From a bacterium (GTDB lineage: Bacteria; SZUA-182; DTGQ01; JAFGSM01), in the NCBI GenBank assembly GCA_049472315.1, contig JBLIRN010000023.1, positions 1 through 43,911 of the forward strand: a stretch of 43,911 nucleotides of DNA, written 5' to 3'. The position numbers were made by a program, and so were the translations under genes. Shown one piece after another: positions 28,845 through 39,110 of the stretch (positions within the stretch are counted from its first letter, which is position 1; the number at the start of each line of letters is the position of its first letter). The notes under the pieces are model-generated. The model did not search any database. It was not told the DNA's origin and saw only the letters and a program-made list of their open reading frames with translations.

Positions 28845-31800
28845 ATGAGAATCGCCCGTAGTGCAATCGATCGTCCCATCCTTACGATCATGGTCACCCT
28901 GATCGTCATCCTCCTGGGAGTCGTCGCCCTGACCCGGCTCCCAATCGACCTGATGCCCGACATCACCTACCCTACCCTCAGTATCAGCACCACCTACACA
29001 AACGCAAGTCCTGAGGAGATCGAGGAGTTGATTACGCGGCCCGTCGAGGAGTCCATGAGCGCGGTGCCCGGGGTCGAAGAGGTCACCTCCATCTCCACGG
29101 AGGGTTCGAGCAATGTGCGGGTGACCTTTGTCTGGGGGACCAACCTGGATGTTGCGGCAAACGATATCCGCGACCGGCTGGACCGCATCCTTCCGCGCCT
29201 GCCCGAGGAGGCGGACAGGCCGGTATTGCGGAAGTTCGACCTCGCCGGGTTCCCGGTGCTCATCCTCGGCGCATCCGGGGACCTCGATCCCATCCAGATG
29301 CGCCGCATCATCGACAACCAGGTAAAGTATCGCATCGAACGTGTGCCGGGCGTGGCCTCGCTTGATGTGTGGGGAGGACTGGATCGGGAGATCCACGTAA
29401 GCCTGAAGCTGGAGAAGGTGAAGGCCCTGCAACTTCCCCTCGATTTGATCCTTGCCCGGATCAGGGCGGAGAACGTCAACGTGCCTGCAGGAACCCTGGA
29501 GCGGGGGAACCTGGAGGTGCTCGTGCGCACGCCGGGGGAATATACGAGCCTGGATGACCTGCGCAATAGCGTGATTGCCATGCGGGATGGCGCTCCAATC
29601 CGGGTGAGGGACATCGCCGAGGTTAAGGATGCCTGGGAGAAGGTGACCAGGCTGGTCAGGGTCAACGGCAGGCCAGGGATCAACCTCGCCCTGTTCAAAC
29701 AATCGGGGAAGAATACGGTGGCCGTGGCGCGGGAGGCGCTGCGGGAGCTTGATCGGATCAACCGGGACATCCCGCAGCTCAACCTGATCCCCCTCATCGA
29801 TACCTCCGATTACATCCGGCGCTCCATCAGGAATGTGGGATCTGCGGCGATTTACGGCGGCATCCTGGCCATTCTTGTCCTGCTCTTTTTCCTGGGTAGC
29901 TTCCGAAGCACCGCAATCATCGGCACCGCCATACCCATCTCCATCATCGCCACCTTTGTCCTCATCTACTTCGGCGGCTTCACCCTGAATCTCATGACCC
30001 TGGGCGGGCTTGCCCTCGGCGTGGGCATGCTGGTCGACAATGCCATCGTGGTCCTGGAAAACATCTACCGGCTGAGGCAATCCGGAATGGAACCCTATAG
30101 GTCCGCGGTGCAGGGGAGCGAGGAGGTTACCGCCGCGATCATCGCCAGCACCCTGACCACCATTGCCGTGTTCCTGCCCACCATCTTCATTCGGGGCATG
30201 TCGGGGATCATGTTCAAGCAAATGGCATACGTGGTGACCTTTTCCCTCCTTTGTTCCCTGGTGGTTGCACTCAGCCTCGTGCCCATGCTCTCCTCAAAGC
30301 TCCTCCACCTGGAAGAGGCGCCGGCCTCATCCTGGACGCACCCTGTGAACTGGATCTTTTTTCTGAGCAAGCAGTTCCTGACCCGCATTGATGAATGGTA
30401 TCATCGACTGTTGCGATACGCCCTCGATCACCGGGGGGTTGTCGTGGGGGTGACGCTTCTGCTCCTTGCCGGGAGCATCAGCCTCATTCCCCTTATCGGC
30501 GTCGAGCTTATGCCCAGCGCCGACGAGGGTGAGGTCAGGGTGGATGCGGAGATGGAGATAGGCACCAGGCTCGAGGTGAGCGGCGAACGATTCAAGGCCA
30601 TTGAGGATGTCGTCCAGGAGGCGGTCCCGGAGGCGGCGAACATCTCCGTGAGAATCGGCGGCGGGTGGCGGAGCGCCGGGGCACACACCGGGCAGATGAG
30701 GATCACCCTCAAGCCCATCTCCGAGCGGCAGCGATCGAGCGAGGAGATTGCAGCCGATCTGCGAGACAGGCTCCAGGGCATCCCCGGGATGAAGATCAGG
30801 ACCCGGGCCGGTCAGGGGCTGTTCATCCTGCGGATGGGGACGAGCGAAGGGGACAAGATACAGGTGGAGGTGCGCGGTCACGATCTTTCCATTGCTGATG
30901 CGCTCGCCCAGCGGGTAAAGGCCCTTGTCGAACAGGTGGACGGTATCACCGACGTGCTGTTGAGCCGCGAGGCAGGGAGCCCCGAGGAGTTGATCATGAT
31001 CGATCGAATGAAGGCATCGGACATGAAGCTGACGGTGACCCAGATCGCCGATGCCCTTCAGACGATGCTCTCCGGTACCAAGGCAGGAAATTTCCGGGAA
31101 GGCGGGGATGAATATGCGATCCTGGTAAAGGTGAAGGACGCAGAGCGCATGCGCGTGCCGGATCTCCTGGACCTCACCCTCATCAATGGAGAAGGCGAAC
31201 CGGTGGTGCTGCGGAACGTGGTGGAGGTACGCCCGCGCTCCGGACCGGTGCGCATCGAACGGAAGAATCAGGAACGCATGGTCCTGGTAACCGCCAATAT
31301 CAGCGGACGTGACATGGGATCGGTCATCGGGGATATCCGGGAAAGGCTCTCCCTCCTTCCGGTGCCGAATGATTTCAGCATCACCTTGGGGGGCGAATAC
31401 GAGGAGCAGCAGAAGGCGTTCAGGGAACTGCTCCTGAGTTTCCTCCTCGCCCTTGTCCTCGTTTACATGGTCATGGCCTGTCAGTTCGAATCGCTGCGCG
31501 ATCCCTTTGTGGTCATGTTCTCCGTTCCCCTTGCCGTGATCGGGGTTGTCCTTGCCCTGTTCCTGACCCATACCACCTTCAATATCCAGGCCTTTATCGG
31601 ATGCATCATGCTCGGCGGCATCGTGGTGAACAACGCCATACTCCTGGTCGACCATACCAACCTCCTGCGGCGAAGGGACGGGATGCCCCTGCGCCAGGCA
31701 ATCGAGAACGCCTGCAGTCATCGGCTCAGGCCGGTGTTGATGACCGCCCTGACCACCATCCTGGGCCTGGTACCGCTCGCCCTCGGTGTGGGAGAGGGCG

Positions 31801-31964
31801 GGGAGGCGCAGGCCCCCCTCGCCCGGGCCGTTATCGGTGGGCTTTTGAGTTCCACCCTCATTACCCTTATCCTTATACCGATCGTCTATTCCATTTTCGA
31901 GCGCAAGAAACGCGGGGGACAGGGGATGCATCCCCCTGCCCCGGAGGCGGTGCAGGAGGCATGA
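28845..31964 (+). CDS. RND efflux permease (AcrB/AcrD/AcrF family)
   Basis: 1039 aa; [51 protein letters not shown]. Confidence 0.97.
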   Translation: MRIARSAIDRPILTIMVTLIVILLGVVALTRLPIDLMPDITYPTLSISTTYTNASPEEIEELITRPVEESMSAVPGVEEVTSISTEGSSNVRVTFVWGTNLDVAANDIRDRLDRILPRLPEEADRPVLRKFDLAGFPVLILGASGDLDPIQMRRIIDNQVKYRIERVPGVASLDVWGGLDREIHVSLKLEKVKALQLPLDLILARIRAENVNVPAGTLERGNLEVLVRTPGEYTSLDDLRNSVIAMRDGAPIRVRDIAEVKDAWEKVTRLVRVNGRPGINLALFKQSGKNTVAVAREALRELDRINRDIPQLNLIPLIDTSDYIRRSIRNVGSAAIYGGILAILVLLFFLGSFRSTAIIGTAIPISIIATFVLIYFGGFTLNLMTLGGLALGVGMLVDNAIVVLENIYRLRQSGMEPYRSAVQGSEEVTAAIIASTLTTIAVFLPTIFIRGMSGIMFKQMAYVVTFSLLCSLVVALSLVPMLSSKLLHLEEAPASSWTHPVNWIFFLSKQFLTRIDEWYHRLLRYALDHRGVVVGVTLLLLAGSISLIPLIGVELMPSADEGEVRVDAEMEIGTRLEVSGERFKAIEDVVQEAVPEAANISVRIGGGWRSAGAHTGQMRITLKPISERQRSSEEIAADLRDRLQGIPGMKIRTRAGQGLFILRMGTSEGDKIQVEVRGHDLSIADALAQRVKALVEQVDGITDVLLSREAGSPEELIMIDRMKASDMKLTVTQIADALQTMLSGTKAGNFREGGDEYAILVKVKDAERMRVPDLLDLTLINGEGEPVVLRNVVEVRPRSGPVRIERKNQERMVLVTANISGRDMGSVIGDIRERLSLLPVPNDFSITLGGEYEEQQKAFRELLLSFLLALVLVYMVMACQFESLRDPFVVMFSVPLAVIGVVLALFLTHTTFNIQAFIGCIMLGGIVVNNAILLVDHTNLLRRRDGMPLRQAIENACSHRLRPVLMTALTTILGLVPLALGVGEGGEAQAPLARAVIGGLLSSTLITLILIPIVYSIFERKKRGGQGMHPPAPEAVQEA

Positions 31965-33565
31965 TGGTGCCGAAACGACAGAACGCATTGAGGAGGCTCG
32001 GGTGCGGGATCGCCCTTGCCGGTCTGTTGGCAGTGATACCCTTCGCATCTGCAGGTGCGGGTGCAGAGAATACCGGTGTAGTCAGCAACGCATTGCAAAG
32101 GAACGGGATGTACGCCGCTGAGGAGCCACTGTCAATCCCCCCCTCCCCTTCCCAAAAGCGCGGCAATCCGACAGAGGAACAGGAAGCCTCGGACCCACAA
32201 ACCCTCGCCATCGGCATCGGGGATGCGCTCCTCACCGCACTCGAAAACAATCACGCCCTGGCCATTGAGCGGCTGAACCCTGCCATACGTCGCACGTTCG
32301 AGGACCAGGAGGCGGCTTCCTTCGATCCCGTGCTCTCGGGTGATGCGTCCTATTCCCGCCAGGAGGCCGAGGGGGAGCAAGCGAACGGTTCAGATGCAGG
32401 TGTCGAGGTTTCAAAGCTGTTTTCCACCGGCACTCAGGCCGGAATCGAGATATCCAATGATCGAACATGGTCCGATCTGTACGGTGATCAGCATACCACC
32501 CGGGCGGGTTTGAATCTCAGGCAATCCCTGCTGAGGGGAGCCGGAAGAAAGGTCAACCTGGCGAGCCTCAGGCAGGCGAGGATCGATACATTTTCATCCC
32601 GTCACGAGTTCAGGGGATTCGTGGAATCCTTTATCGCGGATGTGGAGAAGACCTACTGGGAGTATGCGCTCAGCCTGCGAAGGATCGAGATCTTCACCGA
32701 GTCCCTGAACCTTGCCGAACACCAGATGAAGGAGACCGAGGAGCGGATCAGGATCGGGGTGCTTCCCGAAATCGAGCATGTGGCTGCTCAGGCGGAGGTG
32801 GCACTGCGCAAGGAGGACCTTATCAACGCCAGGAGCGAGTTGGCAAAGGTACGGTTGCGGCTCCTTCGTCTCCTCAACCCGTCCGGGTCCGGTCTCTGGG
32901 ACCGGGAGATCGTGCTTCAGGACCAGCCTGCCGTGCCCGAGGTCAATCTTGAGGGGGTCGACGTACATGTGGACGTGGGATTGCGCATGCGATCCGACTT
33001 GAATCAGGCGCGGATGCAGCAGGAGCGGGGAGACCTGGAGGTGGTCAAGACCAGGAACGGACTCCTTCCGAGGATGGATTTCTTCATAACCCTCGGCATG
33101 TCCGGGTATGCCGATTCCTTCAGCGGATCGATCGAGGACATCGACGGAAGGAACTACGATGTCGGAGCGGGCATCAGCCTCGAATACCCCTTCTTTAACC
33201 GGGATGCAAAGGCCCGGCATGAGCGGGCGGTCTTTTCCAGCTCACAGGCGGATGAGTCGGTGAGGAACCTCGAACAGCTCGTTCAAATGGATGTCCGCTC
33301 GGCCTACATCGAGGTCAACCGGACACGGGAGCAGGTGTCCGCCACCGCCGCCACCCGCGCCCTGCAGGAAGAGAAGATGCGGGCCGAAACCGAGAAGTTC
33401 AGGGTGGGAAAGTCCACCTCCCTGCTCGTCGCCCAGACCCAGAGAGACCTGGTGGCAAGCAGAATCGCCGAGATTCAGGCCATCGTGGGGTATCTCACCT
33501 CGCTCATCGATCTCTACCGCCTGGAAGGCTCCCTCCTCGAGCGGCGCGGGATCACCCTGCCGTAA
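31961..33565 (+). CDS. TolC family outer-membrane channel
   Basis: ATGA-coupled to the permease; ALENN, LRQSLLRGAG, DVEKTYW, LLPRMD, EKFRVGKST. Confidence 0.93.
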   Translation: MMVPKRQNALRRLGCGIALAGLLAVIPFASAGAGAENTGVVSNALQRNGMYAAEEPLSIPPSPSQKRGNPTEEQEASDPQTLAIGIGDALLTALENNHALAIERLNPAIRRTFEDQEAASFDPVLSGDASYSRQEAEGEQANGSDAGVEVSKLFSTGTQAGIEISNDRTWSDLYGDQHTTRAGLNLRQSLLRGAGRKVNLASLRQARIDTFSSRHEFRGFVESFIADVEKTYWEYALSLRRIEIFTESLNLAEHQMKETEERIRIGVLPEIEHVAAQAEVALRKEDLINARSELAKVRLRLLRLLNPSGSGLWDREIVLQDQPAVPEVNLEGVDVHVDVGLRMRSDLNQARMQQERGDLEVVKTRNGLLPRMDFFITLGMSGYADSFSGSIEDIDGRNYDVGAGISLEYPFFNRDAKARHERAVFSSSQADESVRNLEQLVQMDVRSAYIEVNRTREQVSATAATRALQEEKMRAETEKFRVGKSTSLLVAQTQRDLVASRIAEIQAIVGYLTSLIDLYRLEGSLLERRGITLP

Positions 33566-33668
33566 CCTTTCGAGCAGAGATGATATTGTCATCGAAGGAT
33601 CATGGATGCCATGTGGTAGGTGTCAGTGACTTTTTATATGTAACTATAATGGCTTATAGCATTTTATT

Positions 33669-33697
33669 TTGACAGGGCCTCGTGTTTTTGCTATTCT
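33669..33697 (+). promoter_or_regulatory. sigma70-type promoter with extended -10
   Basis: TTGACA-17 nt-TATTCT preceded by TGn. Confidence 0.65.
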
Positions 33698-33866
33698 TGT
33701 GGTAGATCTCAAAGCCGCATCAAGGCCACACCATGAAATTCTCATTTCCAAGATACCTCACTAAGCATATACGTAACCTTAGAAGAGGGAGGGGAAAGAG
33801 GCTTGTATCCGATTGCATGTTTCTCGCAACAAAAAGGTGATCAATTTCCATGGAGACGAGAAGACA

Positions 33867-34646
33867 ATGAAGACAAAATATATTACATATATTGTGATTT
33901 TATGCGGTTTTTTTACGGTCCTTGCCCTTCCGCTTGTTCCAGAAACCTGTTCTGCTCAATTATGGCAATCGTTACCGCCCTATAATGTACTGTGGCCCCT
34001 ATGGTCACCCGTACTATCTCCACCGGATCCCCTCACCGGACTGCCTAAGCCGCTGGTTTCGGAGATCACGAAAAGCACCTTCCTGCCGGTACAACCAGCG
34101 CTCGTGTGGGACCCTCGTTTACCCTTTTTTCACCTTCTCTACAACTATGTTCCCGTCGGCGGCGGACTAAATGAATTGATCTATTTCGATCCGAGCCAGG
34201 GGATTGTGAATCCTGCGTATTCCTTCCGGGTGTGGCCCCCTTCCTCCTATCTGCAACTCGCCACTACCGCCATTACCCCGGCACCCATACCGTTGCCCGC
34301 CAATTACGCAAGCCTGATAAGTTTTGATCCCGCTCAATGGCTCAATATCATGGTACCCGTTGTAAATCAGGCATATCAATCCCTTTACGGGATTTATCCC
34401 AATCTTCTTACCGCAGGTGAACTTGTGCCGGCCAACTATGTGTTCACCGGGAGTTTCAGCGCCCCGTTAGCAACTCCGATTGTAGCCCCTGCGGTCACCC
34501 CTGTGGTTGCTCCCGTAGTGACGCCGGTGGTCCCTGCAGCACCTACGGTCGTGGCTGCTCCCGCAGTGACACCAGTGGCCCCCGCAGTGGTTCCCTTTGT
34601 GCCTGTTGTGTTGCCGCTGCCTCCCATTGTGCAGGCTCTTATTTGA
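33867..34646 (+). CDS. Secreted Pro-rich protein, PPYNxLWPLWSP family (paralog of 8253-8924), with a P/V/A/T tail
   Basis: Signal peptide CSA|Q; PPYNVLWPLWSP, LPVQP.L.WDP, LLYN, I.FD, WPP shared with the paralog. Confidence 0.85.
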   Translation: MKTKYITYIVILCGFFTVLALPLVPETCSAQLWQSLPPYNVLWPLWSPVLSPPDPLTGLPKPLVSEITKSTFLPVQPALVWDPRLPFFHLLYNYVPVGGGLNELIYFDPSQGIVNPAYSFRVWPPSSYLQLATTAITPAPIPLPANYASLISFDPAQWLNIMVPVVNQAYQSLYGIYPNLLTAGELVPANYVFTGSFSAPLATPIVAPAVTPVVAPVVTPVVPAAPTVVAAPAVTPVAPAVVPFVPVVLPLPPIVQALI

Positions 34647-34800
34647 TGCAATTGGGTAGGATCGACCGATCGGACATGCTTCTGCACGAGTAAACCGTTT
34701 CCATGGATATCAGGACTCATGTATATCGTATGGCAGGGTGCATTACGTGGAAGGTGAACCGGCAGCATGCTGCCGGTCTGATCGGATAAGAGTATGCCAC

Positions 34801-34840
34801 AAAAAATTCGGCAGGCATCCCTGTGAAAAGGATGCCTGCC
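34801..34840. terminator. Intrinsic terminator-like hairpin
   Basis: Perfect 11-bp stem GGCAGGCATCC/GGATGCCTGCC (34810-34840); U-tract on the minus strand. Confidence 0.7.
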
Positions 34841-34947
34841 TTAAATATACATAGGGCCCGAAATTACCGGAAGAACCGGAAGCCCTGGGAAGGCCTTTTG
34901 TTATATTCGATAATGCCCTATCAATCTTACACGGTTGCAATCAATCT
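34801..34947 (-). ncRNA. Candidate small structured RNA (about 145 nt)
   Basis: TTGACT-16-TAAAAT promoter (34981-34954), multi-stem junction at 34851-34921, then the terminator. Confidence 0.35.
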
Positions 34948-35138
34948 ATACATATTTTAAACCATGATTTTAAAAAGTCAAGGGATAAAAGTTGGCGTAA
35001 AGTGTAACTCTACGCCGATCAATTGAAATAGACTGTGTAGATCAACGAGTATGGCCATGTCACAGCGTAGTGACATCCCCAGATTGCAGGCATTTTTCAG
35101 TTGCTGCAATACGAAAGGTCGTAGCCGTGTCGGATGTA

Positions 35139-35645
35139 ATGAGTAAAGGAAATATCGTCCTTATCGGGATGCCGGGTGTCGGCAAGAGCACCATCGGTGT
35201 TATCCTTGCAAAGGTCATGTCTCTGCACTTCATCGATACCGATGTGCTTATCCAGGTACAGGAAGGTCGCAGCCTTCAGGAGATCATTGATAATGAGGGG
35301 CTGGAGAAATTCCTCTCCATCGAGGAACGTATGGTATTATCACTTGTCTGCATGAAGACCGTCATCGCCACCGGAGGGAGTGTCGTCTACAGCGCAAGGG
35401 CAATGGAACATCTGGGCTCGAGCGGGACCATCATCCATCTCCATCTTCCTCTCGACGAGATCGAGAAGCGGTTGAACAACTTTGAGGACCGGGGAGTGGT
35501 TCGGAAGCCGGGTCAGGGCCTGAACGAGTTGTACAATGAAAGGCTTCCCCTGTACCGGAGATACGCAGAGATTGCTGTCGACTGCAGCGGTAAAAACCAC
35601 GAGGAGGTCATTGCCGCAATACTCTCCGCACGTGCACGGTGCTGA
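35139..35645 (+). CDS. aroK: Shikimate kinase
   Basis: NIVLIGMPGVGKST, FIDTD, VIATGGSVV, LYNERLPLY; start ATG 35139. Confidence 0.9.
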   Translation: MSKGNIVLIGMPGVGKSTIGVILAKVMSLHFIDTDVLIQVQEGRSLQEIIDNEGLEKFLSIEERMVLSLVCMKTVIATGGSVVYSARAMEHLGSSGTIIHLHLPLDEIEKRLNNFEDRGVVRKPGQGLNELYNERLPLYRRYAEIAVDCSGKNHEEVIAAILSARARC

Positions 35646-35673
35646 ATCGTTCGGATGGGATTACGATATGCCG

Positions 35674-36147
35674 TTATCCCGTTCCCATTTCCCTTTCGAT
35701 GATCTCCTTGATCTCTGACTCCTCGTACATGCATTGTTCGAGGATTTGCCTGAGCACCCGGAAATCACGTCGTGATACCGCATCATCGAATTTATCGAAG
35801 AGCCCCACTGCAAAAAGCCGTTCATTTACCGACATCCCTTCAAACGAGGGTTTTGTGAGTAACGTCGTTAAGGCCGACCATATCTTGTGCAGGGCATCAT
35901 ATGCCGTTGCATCCTTGGGCCGCGAACGGTCAAAAAGGGGTTCCGCATTGATGATGTCCTCCTCACAGCTCTTTCCCTTTTCAGCCTTTGCCAATATGAG
36001 AGCAGCGTGGGTGAGATACATCCTATAGATCTTCCTGTCTTCCGCATCCTTCGTTTCCTGAGATAACTCATCAGCGAGCAGGATGAAGTCCGCAACGGAA
36101 GACTTAATCGAATCTGTTTTTTCCATCCTTGTGCTCCCGTTTACCAT
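35674..36147 (-). CDS. Hypothetical protein with a GMxVNERL motif
   Basis: Protein-like composition, fills the gap, C-terminal GMSVNERLFAVGLFDKFDDAV; start 36147 or 36126. Confidence 0.65.
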   Translation of the reverse strand: MVNGSTRMEKTDSIKSSVADFILLADELSQETKDAEDRKIYRMYLTHAALILAKAEKGKSCEEDIINAEPLFDRSRPKDATAYDALHKIWSALTTLLTKPSFEGMSVNERLFAVGLFDKFDDAVSRRDFRVLRQILEQCMYEESEIKEIIEREMGTG

Positions 36148-36313
36148 GTTTCCGCCTTCGAGGAATGCAATGCCTCAAAGGCGTGATCGGCGAAATGCCA
36201 GCCAATGCAATGTATATTGATTATATTTCTCATTATATTTTATGTCAATTATTTGAAAATAACAAAATTTCAAGATATTACAGCGTACTTGACCGAGGGA
36301 ATATATTAACATA

Positions 36314-36341
36314 TTGAAATACGGAAGCAAAATGATAGAAT
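36314..36341 (+). promoter_or_regulatory. sigma70-type promoter with extended -10
   Basis: TTGAAA-16 nt-TAGAAT with TGn. Confidence 0.4.
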
Positions 36342-36414
36342 ATTCATCATTGTTGCGGCGTTTTTTTCCTGAAGGAACGTTGCTCTCATCAGGCATCATC
36401 GAAGGAGAGGGAAT

Positions 36415-36684
36415 ATGAAGGCAATCGTGACCGTCATCGGAAAGGACAAGATAGGGATCATCGCCCAGGTGAGTGCCGTGCTCGCGGAGAACATGGTCAA
36501 TATCCTGGATATCAGCCAGACCATACTCCAGGACTATTTTACCATGATCATGCTGGTTGATCTTTCGAAGATGAAGCTATCGTTTGCGGAACTCAGCAAC
36601 AGGCTGTCAGACAAGGGGAAGACCATCGGGCTGCAGATCAAGATTCAGCGGGAGGAGGTCTTCAAGGCCATGCATCAGGTCTGA
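36415..36684 (+). CDS. ACT domain protein (UPF0237)
   Basis: MKAIVTVIGKDKIGIIA..NILDISQTI..FTMIMLVD..QREEVFKAMH; usual partner of UPF0210. Confidence 0.95.
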   Translation: MKAIVTVIGKDKIGIIAQVSAVLAENMVNILDISQTILQDYFTMIMLVDLSKMKLSFAELSNRLSDKGKTIGLQIKIQREEVFKAMHQV

Positions 36685-36761
36685 TGCCCGGCAATGTGAA
36701 TGCTGCATACAGGAGATTGTTGCAGCGGGGCGCACGTGCAGAGAATGAATAAGGGGTCATT

Positions 36762-38120
36762 ATGATCAATCCGAGAGAGATAATCGAAACGATCCGCATG
36801 ATCGAGGCGGAAAATCTGGACATCAGGACCATCACCATGGGGATTTCCTTGAAGGACTGTGCTGATTCGAGCGGGGATGCAGCACGCAAAAGGATCTACG
36901 ACAAGATTACCTACTATGCGGAGAACCTGGTGCGGGTGGGTGACGATATCGCCCTGGAGTATGGCATTCCCATCATCAACAAGAGGATCTCCGTTACCCC
37001 GATGTCCATAGTCGCAGAGGCGAGCGATGACGAGGACTACATAGCCTTTGCTAAGATAATGGACGCAGCGGCCAAGGCAGTGGGGGTGAACTTCATCGGG
37101 GGATTCTCCGCATTGGTGCACAAGGGGTATACCAAGGGCGAGATGAAGCTCATCACCTCAATACCCGAGGCTCTGGCAGTAACGGAACGGGTATGCGCAT
37201 CCGTGAACGTGGCTACCACCAAGACCGGCATCAATATGGACGCGGTCCGGCACATGGGGGGGATCATCACCGAGACCGCTCATCTTACCAGGGAAAGAGA
37301 CAGCGTGGGATGCGCAAAGCTGGTGGTGTTCGCCAATGCGGTGGAGGACAACCCCTTTATGGCAGGGGCCTTCCACGGTGCGGGTGAGCCGGAGTGCAGC
37401 ATCAATGTCGGGATCAGTGGCCCCGGGGTGGTGTTGGCGGCAATCGAAAAGCTCAAGGGGGCGAACTTCGATACCCTGGCGGAGACCATTAAGAAAACGG
37501 CATTCAAGATCACCCGGCTCGGACAGCTCGTTGCGCACGAGGCTGCAAAACGTCTGGACGTGCCCTTCGGTATTGTAGATATCTCCCTTGCACCAACCCC
37601 CGCCATAGGCGACAGCGTGGCACGTATCCTCGAGGAGATGGGGATCGAGGCGTGCGGAGGCCCGGGTACCACTGCCGCCCTTGCGCTTCTGAACGATGCG
37701 GTGAAGAAAGGGGGGGCCATGGCCTCCTCGCACGTGGGGGGATTGAGCGGCGCCTTCATCCCGGTGAGCGAGGATGAGGGCATGATGGAGGCGGTGGCAA
37801 AGGGCGCACTCACCATCGAGAAGCTCGAGGCGATGACCTGCGTGTGTTCCGTGGGACTCGACATGATCGCGGTCCCCGGCGACACCCCTGCCGAGACCAT
37901 CGCTGCAGTTATCGCGGACGAGGCTGCCATCGGCGTGGTGAACAACAAGACCTCCGCCGTGCGCATCATACCGGTCATCGGGAAGAAGGTTGGAGAAATC
38001 GCCGAGTTCGGAGGGCTGCTGGGAAAGGCCCCCATCATGGCGGTGAGCAGGTTTTCGAGCAAGGCGTTCATCGCACGCGGGGGACGCATACCCGCCCCGA
38101 TCAGCAGCCTCAAGAATTAA
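36762..38120 (+). CDS. UPF0210 (DUF711, PFL-like) family protein
   Basis: [65 protein letters not shown]. Confidence 0.96.
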   Translation: MINPREIIETIRMIEAENLDIRTITMGISLKDCADSSGDAARKRIYDKITYYAENLVRVGDDIALEYGIPIINKRISVTPMSIVAEASDDEDYIAFAKIMDAAAKAVGVNFIGGFSALVHKGYTKGEMKLITSIPEALAVTERVCASVNVATTKTGINMDAVRHMGGIITETAHLTRERDSVGCAKLVVFANAVEDNPFMAGAFHGAGEPECSINVGISGPGVVLAAIEKLKGANFDTLAETIKKTAFKITRLGQLVAHEAAKRLDVPFGIVDISLAPTPAIGDSVARILEEMGIEACGGPGTTAALALLNDAVKKGGAMASSHVGGLSGAFIPVSEDEGMMEAVAKGALTIEKLEAMTCVCSVGLDMIAVPGDTPAETIAAVIADEAAIGVVNNKTSAVRIIPVIGKKVGEIAEFGGLLGKAPIMAVSRFSSKAFIARGGRIPAPISSLKN

Positions 38121-38133
38121 TGCATCGTCACCC

Positions 38134-38913
38134 TTATTGTTCCATTCCCTCGATAACCACCTGGCGCACCCTCTCCCCAAGCACCTTTTGGTCCTCTCTG
38201 GAGAGCCCTTCGGTTTCAATGGGGGGGTGCACGATCACCTTCACCGTGCCGGGATGCAGGCGAAAGCTCCCCTTGGACATGATATTGTAACTGCCGTCAA
38301 TGGTCACGGGCACCACCGGGATTCGTGAATCGGTGGCGATGAGGAGGCTCCCCTTTCTGAACGGTTTTACCGTACCATCGGGTGACCTGGTCCCCTCGGG
38401 AAAGACCGCAATCGATCTTCCGGTTTTGATCAGTTCACTCCCTTTTCGGATGCTTTCGATCCCCTTCCTGCGATTTTTTCTGTCCAGCTTGATCTGGTTT
38501 TCCATGATAAGACACAGGCCGAGGAGGGGGACCGAGAAGAGCTCCTTTTTTACCACAAAGCGGAACTGGAGAGGGATATAACCGTCGAGGAGGGCAATGT
38601 CGAAGAGGCTCTGGTGATTGGCACAGATGAGGCAGGGGCGATCCTGGGGGAGGTTTTCCAGCCCTCGAACCTGCACGTTGGCGCGGCCCGCCCACAGCAG
38701 GCTTCGACCGAAATAGCGGGACACGATGTGAATGAGGTCTCCCCTGCGCCGATACCAGCGGTCAAATGGGAAGGCCATGATCGAGATGAGGCTTCCCGCA
38801 ATAAAGATGATCAGCCCTGCAACCCAGGAAACGATATTGGCAAGCATTTCATGTGTCCTCATCTTACGGAAAAGGGAGTCGAAAAACACAAGGCGCACCC
38901 CCTTTCCCCTCAC
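38134..38913 (-). CDS. plsC: 1-acyl-sn-glycerol-3-phosphate acyltransferase family protein
   Basis: NHQSLFD (HX4D), FVVKKEL, FPEGTRS, PVVPV; start may be 38862 or 38847. Confidence 0.9.
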   Translation of the reverse strand: MRGKGVRLVFFDSLFRKMRTHEMLANIVSWVAGLIIFIAGSLISIMAFPFDRWYRRRGDLIHIVSRYFGRSLLWAGRANVQVRGLENLPQDRPCLICANHQSLFDIALLDGYIPLQFRFVVKKELFSVPLLGLCLIMENQIKLDRKNRRKGIESIRKGSELIKTGRSIAVFPEGTRSPDGTVKPFRKGSLLIATDSRIPVVPVTIDGSYNIMSKGSFRLHPGTVKVIVHPPIETEGLSREDQKVLGERVRQVVIEGMEQ

Positions 38914-38987
38914 AATATCCCGCGTCGCTCAAACTATAGTGAATTTCCGTGACATTTTCAATGTTTAAATGGGTTTTATTTTTGGAA

Positions 38988-39016
38988 TTCACACGGATAG
39001 CCTGGTGTGCTATAAT
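38988..39016 (+). promoter_or_regulatory. sigma70-type promoter with extended -10 for the phosphodiesterase operon
   Basis: TTCACA-17 nt-TATAAT with TGn. Confidence 0.7.
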
Positions 39017-39110
39017 GATAATTTGATTTGTGTGCGGATATGGTATACATATGGAGGGTTCAAGTATTGCGTCCGATAATAGTGTATACATGCAGAAACG
39101 ATTTAACACC

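Noticed and set aside
31601..31960. N-terminal extension of the TolC ORF
   Set aside because: Lies within the RND permease; the real start is the ATGA overlap at 31961
28584..32048. Long minus-strand ORFs (545 and 573 aa)
   Set aside because: Antisense shadows of the GC-rich RND genes with no recognisable motifs
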